Shown: piece after piece, positions 24,562-35,561 of the stretch | Position numbering within the stretch: position 1 is the first letter of the stretch | How the letters are laid out: every line of letters starts with the position of its first letter | DNA from: Lama glama | Taxonomy: Eukaryota | NCBI GenBank assembly: GCA_028534125.1 | Contig: CM052829.1 | Coordinates: forward strand, 4,588,001-4,652,000 | Direction: 5' to 3' | DNA: 64,000 nt | Made by a program: the position numbers and the translations under genes | The notes under the pieces: model-generated | Told to the model about the DNA's origin: nothing | Databases searched by the model: none | What the model saw: only the letters and a program-made list of their open reading frames with translations

Positions 24562-26129
24562 AAGAGAAAGAATGTCTCTACCTCCTGGGGCAGCCATTCA
24601 GCTCCGTGTCGGTTTAAATATGGCACAGACCATGGGTATTTACCCAGCCCTTCAGCTTGGGGCAGGAGCTTGTTCTCTGGCACCAGCCGTGCAGAGCAGG
24701 CCTCCTTCCACATGTTCCCCTCAGATGTGCTCCAGCTCGTATGTGGAGGCAGGAGCGGGGCACTGCGTGTCACCCAGCCCGGGCCCCCTCTCTGGGCTCC
24801 AGTTACCAGCTGTGTGACTTGGACAGACTAACTTCTCTGAAGGCCAGTTTTCTCATCTGTGTAAAGGAGGCAGTGCCCGGGGGACAGGGTGGCTGTGGAT
24901 CAGTGACAACCTTCCCAGGGTGCACGCTGCTCAGTGACTCTATCTCCCTTTGTCCTCTAGTCCCTTGTCTAGGCTGCACGTCCAGTGTCACTCACAGCTC
25001 GTCCCCCTGTCCTGCACTGGGGCGGAGGCTCGTTAAGTAGCAGGGACACAAACTCAGTCAAAGTGAGAACAGGAGGTGGGTGAGGCCCAAGGGACTGGGA
25101 GTGATGCAGAGTGGTCCTGGCTGCAGCTCTGTGGTCCCCTCCCCCACCTGAAAGGGCAGGTCAGGGGCCCACCACATCTGGAGCCTCATTTCTGGGTTGG
25201 GGGGATGTCACATTGGCTGTAAGGAGTGTCTTGTCCTGCGTCTGGAGGGAAGAAACATGAACGGGCCTCTCAGCATCCTCCTCCGAGGACAGATGACGCT
25301 CCCTGCTCCCTGCAAAGGGTGAGGCAGGAGCACGCCTGGTGTGGCTCTGGAGGACAATTGCAGCTCTCATACGGACCTTCAAAGTCAGATTAAGTCTCAT
25401 CTGTGATTAAATCCCAGCCACCTCTGGCCCTGGCTGAGGTCTGTGGTTCTCGGGAAATTAAAAATGTTGGTTCAACTGCTGATAGTGGATGGGGTTTTAA
25501 AGACCAGAGGGGACTGAGCGCTCCTGAGAGAAGGGTGTGACGTAGGATGTGGGACACACGGAAGAAAGCGGACGTGAGGTGGTGCTAGGGGGTGGGGATG
25601 TGTCTGTGTATAAGAGAGGCAATCTTTGCAGGGTGAACTGAGCGGAGCTAGCATTTTCACTAATAAAATACTGAGGAAACGCTTTAGTGCCATAGAGTCT
25701 ACGTTCCCTGCGGCTGAAGATAAATGCTTTCTGGAATCCTGTAGTAACAGCAAAAATCACTTCACAGCTATGAAACACTGGGGGAGATGAGTTTTATGCC
25801 TCGGTTTTTTTCAGCTAGGAGCAAACGGGCTTCTCCATGAGTGGCGTCCCCTCTGGTCAGTGATGGGGGGGAACAGCCCCGTGGAAAACAATTCTAGGTC
25901 ACAGGACACACGGCTGATCGCATGTCGTTCCTCATGCTCTGAGTGGACACATGTTCTGAGATGAGCGTGTGTGGGATTTCCGTGTATAGATTGGCACTCG
26001 TGTTATTTGTTTTATATTATATGATATTTTGTACTGATATGTTCTGGATGTTGTCTATCAAAAGATTAAGTTTCAAGCACAGTTTTAAGTAATTTTTACA
26101 AAATGCCTCTTTTAATCCTCTTAATGCCT

Positions 26130-26240
26130 TTTGAAGGATTCTTTCAAATGGGGAAACTGAGGCTCAGAAGATTGTATTGGAAGGTCCAGGACGTCTGCAG
26201 AGTAGGTGGTGGACCAAGTTTAAACCTTGGCCTTGACCTG
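26130..26240 (-). mobile_element. MIR SINE fragment
   Basis: CAAATGGGGAAACTGAGGCTCAGAAG MIR core. Confidence 0.6.
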
Positions 26241-28699
26241 AATCCCCATCAAGTCCCTACTCACCAAGCCCCCCCACCCCTCCCCCACCGGACTCCATTG
26301 CACTTGTTAGATTGGGATCAGACCTCTTTCTTTTCAAGCCAGTCCAGAATATCTGTACCTCCACATATGACATCTCCCAGACAGCCCACTGAGGCCTCAC
26401 AAAGCCCCTGCGATCCCAGCCTGCTTGTTGGGGTGAGGATTTTAACACTTTTTTGGAAAAAAATGTGCCATGTTTGATCTTCCATGAGAGCGGTGCGTGC
26501 CGTTCCCCCCGGTCCAGAGCTGTGCGTTTTCACAGACATTGCCTCACTGAGGCCCACGACACCCCTAAGAGCCGGGGTGACTCCCTTGCTGCTGGAGAAG
26601 GAGGCCCTCTCCGCGTTTTAGCTGCTTTGTAGAAGCTGACAGACATTTCCCAGAGAAAGGCTCGATTCAGTCGAGACTCTGACCTCTTGTGAGACGCTGT
26701 GGTATTTGTCAGATACGTGGCCTTTGCTGGGCTGGTGACATCATTCGATATTCAAGCAAGTTCAAAAGACTCTGTCTATTCCCTCCCAAGAAAGCATTTT
26801 AATCATTTTGGTGTTTGTGCCATTTTTGCTGGGCTCCAGCAGGGCGTAGCTTACTCCCCACTCGGCAAGCCAAGAGCCACCAGATATATTAGATTCGGGG
26901 CACAGATTGGCAGAGTTTGGGAATGTGTTGCAGTTGGGTTCCCTCTAAACCAAAACCATTCTTTAATGTGAAGAATTCCTAGGAGAACTGGAAAAACCTT
27001 ACTCTTATGAGGTATTTCCCCCTGTTGAATGGAGCCTCCTGGAGGGTTATTAAAATTTTACCTTTTTATCAATAAAGTTCTTTATGGGACATTTTTCTTG
27101 CTGCATTTTAATGTAATATTTGCTGCCCCAGATGTAGGAGGGAGGAAACAAAAAGGCCATTGACAGCTCTGGTTCTAGAATGCTCCTATTATGCATTTAA
27201 TCGAATCAAGTGACATACACAGGCCGGGCCGTGTGTGGACATCGTTTTAGCAGTAGGTCGCTGTCACTGAGCCCCTGAGACTAAAACCGGGGGCAGTGGA
27301 GCAATTCAGATGTCTTACTTCAGTAAGGGTGTCTGGGAAGCAAAATTTTATGCAAGTTGTTTCATAAGAGCTGATCCTAATTCTTTGAACCTTGAGCAGT
27401 TCATTCAGAAGTTCCCTTTATGTATTAATATAAATGATTCCTTTTTTTTTAAGTTTCAAGTATAAAGAGGACACTACACTGAATATTTGGAAATGGTTTT
27501 TTGAACAGTGTGACTTTTAAGCTTTTTTTTTCCCTGATAATACTTAGAGCAAAAATGATAGACTATTATTATTACTGGCTTTCTCCTGATTGATGTAAGG
27601 CCTGCTTTTCTAAGGTATACCTACTATTCATTCTCTAGACTGAGGACAATTTAGTTATCTTCCTGACTCGGGAATTTGAAGCTTTTCCTATTATTCTTAA
27701 AGGCTACATTAAGTAAATTTCCCTGAAGAGTCCTGGTGCCGATGGAAACAGCAAGATCGACGGGCTTGAGAGCAGGGCGCGGGGAGACCCCGCTCAGGGG
27801 CCGCGGACTTTCAGCTTAGCCTGAGGAAGGGCAGGCGTCAGTGTCCTGGCAGAACCTGGGTTTGCACAGTGGTTCCTAGACTTCAGGTCCCCACGAGGAC
27901 TTGTTCAAGCACGGAGGCTGGGCCCCACCTTGGTGTTTCCACTCAGCAGGTCTGAGCAGGGGCCGAGGGCGGGAGTCCTCCCGAGCCCCCAGGCGGGGCT
28001 GCCGTCGCTGGCCGGGGCATCTGCTCTGGAACCGCTGTGCTGGGTGTGCAGGTGACTTTGGGTGTCGGTGGGATCGGGGCACTTGGGCTGCTTCGGTTTA
28101 GCCTCCCGGAGAACATGGATTTAATTGGACATCTGGCTCCATTTGTGCTCAGTGTCCCCTCCAGGGAACAGCTGGAGGCCTGGAGGTATGGAAGTGACCT
28201 GCATGTTTCCCCTGGAAGGACCCACAAGAGATGAGGGGGAGGAGATGGGGAGGCCCCACTGCAGCTCCCCACGGAGGTCGTCTGTCTGTCCTGGAACAGC
28301 CAGATGGCCCTGTGTTTCCGAAAAGCACTGGACATTTAAAATACTTTCCTCTGACTTGGTTTAAACAGAGCCATGAATGCCTCTCCCCAGGCAGCAGAGC
28401 CTTGCAGTATTTTCCAGTCTGAGTATGTCCAGTGAGTCCTGCTTTGGGTTGATAAAGCTGCTTTCCTCAGCACGGCAGTGTGGTTGCCCCGGGACACCCA
28501 CAGGAGCTCGGTACCCCCTGTCTCCAGGTGGGGTGCGAGGGGCGGGCCCCACCTTGCAGGTCTGATGTGGAGCGCCTGCCTTCATAAGGACTCACGCAAT
28601 GGGCCACAAACACTGCCGGGAGCCGAGTCGGCCCTCGGCGGGCCTGGGGGCTGGGGGACACAGTGGTCACAGACCCCGTCCCTCCTCCCACGGAGCCCA

Positions 28700-29575
28700 C
28701 GCCCCATAAACCAGGAACCTAACAGGCACTGCTGTGTGAGAACTCAGGGTGTTTTTGCGGCAAGTAAAGAGAAAGAGGGGTTGGAAGGCACGAGAAAGGG
28801 GTGAGGAAGGTCTTTCTGGGGGAGCAAGACTTAGCAGAGGGAAGACGTGCCAGCTGAGGGAATCTGCCTGCCCAGCTCCAGGGTGGGAATGTTCTCAGCC
28901 TACCTGGGGGGTGGGGTTGAGGTCAGCACAGCCGACATGGCGGGGCTGGAACACGGGGAGGAGGTGGGAGGGCGGAGGGACAGGGCAGGAGTAGCCAGAG
29001 GCCACAAAGCAGGTGGCAGAGTGAGACTCAGAATGCCCCCGCAGCAGGGGAGGCGGCCGGGCAGGGCTGGCAGCGGCTGAGGGGTCCGATGGCGCCTGTG
29101 CTCGGAGGGTACTGAGGGCGGGAGGAGGCCAGCTGGGCAAGATGACAGCATGGAGCCGAGCAGAGGAGGAGCCAGGACGCAGTCAGACTTGGGGCTATTC
29201 TGATGGCCTCACAGGCAGGATTCTCGGATGTGGGATCCGAGAAGAAGAGTCGGGAATGATTCTGGGCTTTCGAGCTGAGTCAAGGGTGCTGTGAATTCCT
29301 GTTAACTGAGCTGGAGCACCCGGGAGTGGGAGGAGGTGGCCTGGAGAGCCGAGGGAATCGGGGTTTGGCTTCATCCAAGTGGTTTCTTAAGCCTTTGGAC
29401 ATCCAAGTGGCGTGTTCAGTGGGAATTCAGGGAAGTCAAGATTAAATTTGAGAATCAGGGGGTAGCGTCTGAGGTAGAGAGGGAGGAGCCCGAGGCCCTG
29501 CGATGGTGAGAGGTCAGAGGGAGAGGAGGGGCCCAGCGAGGAGGTGCCAAGGAGCAGTGAGCCTGAGCATCAGGG
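28700..29575 (-). mobile_element. Degraded L2 LINE fragment
   Basis: Purine-rich sequence with L2-like motifs GGGAATGAT..TGGGCTTT..CTGAG, TTAACTGAG, GGACATCCAAGTGG..AAATTTGAGAATCA. Confidence 0.5.
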
Positions 29576-31789
29576 AACCTCCCCTCCTTGAATGGGATCT
29601 GTCCCGGTCTCCCTGCAGCCACTGTTGCCAGGCAGCTATCCAGCACACTCTCTCTTCCCTGTCTTAATGGGGGCACTGCCATTCCTTAGTGGGTGAGGCT
29701 GGGCTTATCCTCTAATGTAAGAGTGCCTCACCTGGAGGCTGGTGCCTGGATGGGGATTAGACCATCTGAAGTTGCCCGGAAATCATCATCAACACGCTGT
29801 GCACCACGTGCACTCATCCGGGTAGAGTGCAGCGCTCCCTCCAGATTCTTCAGGCAAGACTAGAGGATATTGCTCAGTACTTTCTAAATAAAAATGAAAC
29901 TGAAGTAATAAAATTTTAGACTTATGGAGCACAGGAAGAGAACAAATCCTTTCACCCAGACTGAAACTTACAGACATTCGGCCAAGTAAAAATGATACTT
30001 GTTGTATCCAAAAAGCAACTCCTGAAACAGGGAAACGCAAATGAACCGAAGTGCAAAGGGCCCTTTCCGCCACATATCTGTCCACGTCATTACTCAGCGA
30101 TGGGAGAACTGGCTAATTGCCAAGTAACTTGTAGGAAGCCGCAAACTACAACAGTGGTGAGATTCAGACTTGCACAGCGTTGTGTGAGCAAAAATCATAG
30201 TATCATTCCTTTCTGAGGGGACCACGCCTTGTGGACTTTGTGGCTCCTTTTTTCCCTTTAAAAGTCATCATCTGCATAAACTACTATTAGTTAGGGCTTC
30301 CCAGAAACGAAGCCGGGCTTGTGTTTGTGCCTCCACGTAGCCTGTGCGCACTGCACTCACACTTTGAAGACTGCAAAAGAGACAACGACAACTGGAGATA
30401 TTTTGAGAATCGGGTTCAACACCAACACGTATTTTCCTGCTGGGAAGTGCTCTTAAGCCAAGGACTGTAACTGCTTTCCCACTGCAGAGCAGAGAGGATG
30501 CTTAGAGTTTCTTTTGCATTAAAACGTCATGATTGCAAATAATCCTGGTGGAACGGGGTGGCAGTGCCCACTTCAAGACAGCGTTTCTCTCTCTGCTCGT
30601 TATCAGAGCAAAGAAATGCTGAGTGGGGTGCATTGAGTAACCAGAACGTTTTTATTCACTTCCCGTATCTTATTTGAAAAGAAGTGAGGTTGCTGGAGCT
30701 CAGGAAAGCCCTTCTTTCTGGGTCTTATAAAGAGTGTGGTGTCTTGTGAGTCTCCCGGCAGGACCTGAGGGTCAAGGAGTGGAGACGGTGGAGCCGGGGG
30801 ACTGGTCACTGCCTGAGCGGCTCTGCCCAGCCCTGGGCACCGCTGAGCCACTGGCTGCGTGAGTATGGTGAGTCTCCCGTGCCCCGAACGTGGAAATCGT
30901 GTATGGGAATGCTGTTGTGAGGCTGGGAGCTTGGTCATTTTAGTTTCCATCTGGAAGTGTCCTATTTTAGAAAAACTTTGGTCAACTGGTACGTTTCTAG
31001 AAAAGGGAAGCTCTCGCGGGTAGAATTGCTTAAAACCCATTTCAGGTTTTTGGACTCCATTTTAAATCCCATTAGAGTGGAGAAATTCATGATTAGAAAA
31101 GTGCTCCTGGAATGTTTTCCCAGGTGTATCATTTCTTTAAAATCAGCCTTTGAGTTTCCAGGCTCTGCTTACAAAGGGCTAGTGACAAACATCTCAAAAT
31201 AGCCAAAAGAAGAGATGCAGTGGGTATTGAAATAGGCTTAAAATTACTTCTTTTCAGCTTCTCTAAATGACAGTGTTCCGAGACGTCCCATAACCTGCAC
31301 TGAAACTTCAGAGCTCTTGTGAGTAAAGCTTAGAAGGACTTAGGGCTTGTTTGTGTAAGCTCAGGTCTGGAAATCATGTTCTCCCAGCAGGCGACCATTT
31401 AATAGAATTCTCCAGCTCTGTATTTCTGCCTGATGTTTCCAGATTAGCTGGGCCATAAATATTGCATGCTGCTCTTCCAGGGTGAGGGCGGGGAAGCCCT
31501 TTCGGAGATGAGGGTGTACCCGAGGAGGTGACTTCTAAGGGGCAGGTGGGCTCGTGAAAACTCTGATGCTTTCTTATCAGGTCCAGTGTTATAACCAAGA
31601 CCCACACCTGTGAGGGGGCCAGCGACTAGCTCCTGCCCATGGGACCTCGTGAGCCGTGGTTGGCACTAGGACTTCCCTGTGCTACAAGGGGATCCAGCCT
31701 CCTCTGCTCTGGCACCAGGTTAGCTGCTCTCCCAAGAGAATCCTCCCAGGCTCCCATTTGTCCAGCAGGGTCCTGCTGAGCCCTCTGCT

Positions 31790-32050
31790 CACATGCATTT
31801 GTCATGTGATGTTTGTGACAATCTCACAAGGCAGACATCCGTGAGCCCATGTGGGGATGAAGGATTTGAGGTTCAGAGAGTCTTGGTAACTTGTCCAAGG
31901 TCACAAGGCTGCTACTCAGTGAAAGGAGACTTCAAACCCAGTTCTGCCTGGTTCCGTCTCCTGTGCTTCAGCCCCCACAGCATCATTTGGTCCTTGCAGC
32001 CACCCTGGGAAGCAGAGGCTGTTACAGATGAGGAAACTGAATTTAAGGGC
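31790..32050 (-). mobile_element. MIR SINE fragments (two adjacent cores)
   Basis: GAGGTTCAGAGAG..TAACTTGTCCAAGGTCACA..TTCAAACCCAG and TTACAGATGAGGAAACTGA. Confidence 0.65.
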
Positions 32051-33499
32051 CTTGTGCTGGCCTACACAACTCCTAAGAACAGGCCCTTTTCTCAAATGCA
32101 ATTCAGTGTCTTCACTGTCTTACGACATACAATTCCAAAGTCTTTACAATGTTAAACCTCTTTTTAACTTGTTTGTTGGCATAATAGCTTTATTAGTTCA
32201 ATCAAGAGAGAGATCACATGTTCTAACTTCCCATGACGATGCAATATTTAGCTCTTCTTTGTAGCCAGAACTCAGCAATTTGTTTCCTCTCTACCTGCTG
32301 GGTACTTCCTAAACTTTAGAGCATCTGCTCCAATCTCTATGTTTACTTGTTAGTTTGTAGGGGACCTTGGTTTTCAGTCTCTCACAGTCACATTCCAGTG
32401 ATCTGTGAGAGGCTCTCTTGGGCTCCAGTTGCTCCTGCTTGGCCATGGATGTTACCTGGAGAGCCTGCCAGCAGTGATTTCCCAGCCACCCTGCACCTCT
32501 ACCTTACAGGGATGATGCTCTCATTTCCCCATGCTTTAACTTGTCCTTATTTCTGGCGGGCCAGACGACATGCTGGGTGGCTGACGACCCTGATGATCCT
32601 GCCAGCCTCCAGACCAAACCTCCCTTTGGAGGGCATCGGGGACCGGTAGGCTCATGTCTTCAGAAAGCCCCTCACAGGAGACCTCACAGGACCCATCTTC
32701 CACCTCCTCTTCCAGAGCACAGCCTTCCGACCTCTCAGGAGGCAGTGTTCAAGGCACATCTACTGTCTTCCATTTGGGAAGCTGCTGGGGGCTTTTGGCT
32801 GCCTGCCTTTCACAATCTTTTCAACTCTGCCCGCTTTTTGAAGTTTTCATTCTACGCCCCCTCAGTTTTGTCATTGTGCTGAAATTCCTAATCCCGGCTG
32901 GCTTTTCCGTGATCCCCTTGTTTGCCTTCTGGCAAGGACTCTCCACCTTCCGGGCATCTGCTTGGGCAATTTCTCGAGCCCTGAGCTCCGCCACCTGCTC
33001 CCACGGTACGTGATGCCTCTGTCCACTCGCTGACCTGGGCCCAGCGCTGGGGGTAGGGGTGGGGGGGGCGCACTTCTAGGACGCCTGGAACTCCCTACCG
33101 CTCCATCTCCAACTGGTCTGCTGCTCGCAGGTGACTTTCCTCTGTTCTCTGTGTGCCCCCAGAAACAGGGAAACCACCTCCTCTGGTTGAACTTGGGGTA
33201 GAGAGGAGAGTCAGAAAATGCAGCTATTCTTATTTCTATGCTAATAAAACAATGTATTTAAAAAAAAATCTCCAGGGAACATTGTGCTCTCTATATAGTT
33301 ATTTTGGTTTCCTGCAAAATTATTTTCTTATTACAAAGAGCTCACCATTGCCTTGTAGGAGGCACCACAGTGTCTGGGGATTTTCCAAATATATATGGCT
33401 TTGCTGGAGTAGAAATTGGTAATTATTCAAATGCTGTTTCTTTGAAATAAAAGGCCAACAACAGGTATAAGAAACTATCCTAGGTGTTCTACCAAAACC

Positions 33500-33640
33500 A
33501 TGGTTAGTCCTTACAGCATTCCGGCAGGTAGGCGTAATCTCCACTTCGCAGCAGAGGAAACCTGAGGCTCAGAGAGGGTAAATAACTTGCCCAGGGCAGC
33601 ACAGCTACAAAGTGACAGAGCTGGGAAAGGAAACCCGACG
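33500..33640 (-). mobile_element. MIR SINE fragment
   Basis: GAGGAAACCTGAGGCTCAGAGAGGGTAAATAACTTGCCCAGGGCAGCACAGCTACAAAGTGACAGAGCTGGGA. Confidence 0.75.
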
Positions 33641-34914
33641 TTTTAATTCCACCACGGAGTTGGGGCTCTTGGCTCAGCGGGGGGTCTTCTCGCTCCCACA
33701 CCCCAGGCAGCTTTGTCAAGCAGGACGGAGAGCCAGAGGCTTGCTTCTGAATACTAACAGGGTCGTGCAGGAGATTCTGGTGGGGACATTGAAAGGCTCT
33801 GTCTTTCTACCTGATAGTGTCATGGGCTTCGGTGTCACTTGGAACATGTCACCCATGCCCAGATGACAGCTGATGGGTACAACTGAACATCACAGTTTGG
33901 AGGAAAACCTGTCTTAACCTGTCTGTGTCTGCTTCGAGCCATGCCTTTTCAACGTCTTATACATGAAAGCCGGTTTGTCTTACCTGGCTACGCCTCTCCG
34001 TTTATCCCTAAAAATGCTCACAGGAAGTCGGTGGTGATGACTTCGATGCTGGATTTCATACGCTGAGCCCATGGTCCAGGATGATGGATAATGAACTAGT
34101 TTTCAAATTCCAAATTTGGTGTTTGCCTTTGGAAACTTGGGTCTTAAATTATTAGAGACAACATGAACTTGAGGCCAATACTCGGTGCCCAGGGGGACAC
34201 AGTTCATTTCTTTACTTTTGTGTGGAAACTGCATTTTGCTACAGAATGACACCCCTTAGGCGATGCATTTCCGGGCTATTACAGCCTTGCTCAGGTGTGC
34301 GAAGTCAGTGGTCCGTCCTCAGGAAGCACTCTGGGCGAGCCCGATGAGCCGGGGTCAGGGCTGGTTACCTCACACGCAGTCTTCTCTTCAGGAACCTTTC
34401 TTCTTTCTCATTTGAAAGAAAAAGCATGTGTCTTTTGTCTTTTTTTTCTGGTCTCAATAAATTCCAAAACAGTGCCATCAGACCCACAGACAGGGACTAT
34501 GAGAATCTACACGACCCACCCGCTGGGAGGAGGGAAAGGAAAGGAGAATCGCCAAGGAGAAGGATTTGATTTGTTCCAAGGGGTCATCATTCAGACACAT
34601 AGAAGTCATTTTCAAAAATGATTCAAAGCCCGGAACAAACTGCTGGATAGCATGTTGTCAGTAACACTGGGGGCCTGAGATGCAGTTCGTCAGACATAGA
34701 GGGACAAGGATGCCAACTAGCTTTGGAAAGAAATCGCTTTTGCCATATTACCCTTCGCACCTTCCCCTCCCCCTCCTCCCAGCCCCGCCCCACATAAGCT
34801 GAGAGCCCCCGGCCCCGACCGCCGGTGGGCTAGAAGCATCAAATATGTTTATAGCTGAGGCTCCTAGCAGGCTGCAAAACTATCCTCCTGTAACCGGAAT
34901 ATAGATTCCACAGT

Positions 34915-34920
34915 TTTATT
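34915..34920 (-). terminator. Distal polyadenylation signal AATAAA of PACRG
   Basis: Second TTTATT on + strand about 480 nt after the stop, in the same AATAAAACT context. Confidence 0.6.
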
Positions 34921-35094
34921 GAATGTCAAAGCACATTGTTCTGCGCAGCTGCTCACAGAGGTGCCCTGAACTGGCGTTCCTCGTCCGTGACAAACACCTA
35001 TTACGCGGTCAGCATAAACTCTTCCCTCCCGGCCTCTGACATCACCCTTGGGGCAGCCAGACACAATTGCTGAATTGCGTATGAAAATTATAGT

Positions 35095-35100
35095 TTTATT
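35095..35100 (-). terminator. Proximal polyadenylation signal AATAAA of PACRG
   Basis: TTTATT on + strand about 300 nt after the stop; GU-rich TTGTGTCTGG lies about 30 nt downstream on the minus strand. Confidence 0.7.
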
Positions 35101-35400
35101 GTGTATACAACTGAAGGTTGAACTCAGACTCCTGCTTCTTTCCGAGCTGTATAAAGAAGCGATTCTTCTCTGAGAACAAATAAGCACAGTACACTATTGT
35201 AATCTAAGCAACAGGCACTATTTATGTATTGGAAAGCCTCGCTCTCAACAGGGCTAACAGTCCAATGGCCCAGGAGCCACCATTTTAGCAGCTGCAGAAA
35301 AGTAAGCAGTAGAAGTCACAGACAATGAGATGCTAACGGCAGCACAGACGGCTGAGCCGAAGACTGAGAAGCCTCCCCTGAGCCCCAGCCGCTCCCGCCG

Positions 35401-35561
35401 CTAGTTCAGCAAGCACGACTCGTAGGTGGGGACCATGTACTTGATGTTGATGAAGGCGTCCTCTCCCCCGTAGCGCTCCAAGACCGCCAGCGTCTCCTGG
35501 ATCAGGTCACCGACATTCTCCCTCTTCTGCTGGCTGTAGTCGATGCCGTCTCCGGAGTTGA
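35401..35561 (-). CDS. PACRG: Terminal coding exon of parkin co-regulated gene protein (axonemal inner-junction protein); partial CDS, upstream exons outside window
   Basis: Minus-strand translation (V)[52 protein letters not shown] matches the recognisable PACRG C-terminus. Acceptor CCAG|TC with AG at 35563-35562, phase 1 (161 nt = 2 + 53 codons), stop TAG at 35403-35401. Confidence 0.96.

Larger units (their letters stand above)
34890..35400 (-). other. PACRG: PACRG 3' UTR (end depends on which poly(A) signal is used)
   Basis: Non-repetitive sequence between the stop codon and the AATAAA hexamers at 35095-35100 and 34915-34920; the cleavage site is estimated. Confidence 0.7.
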
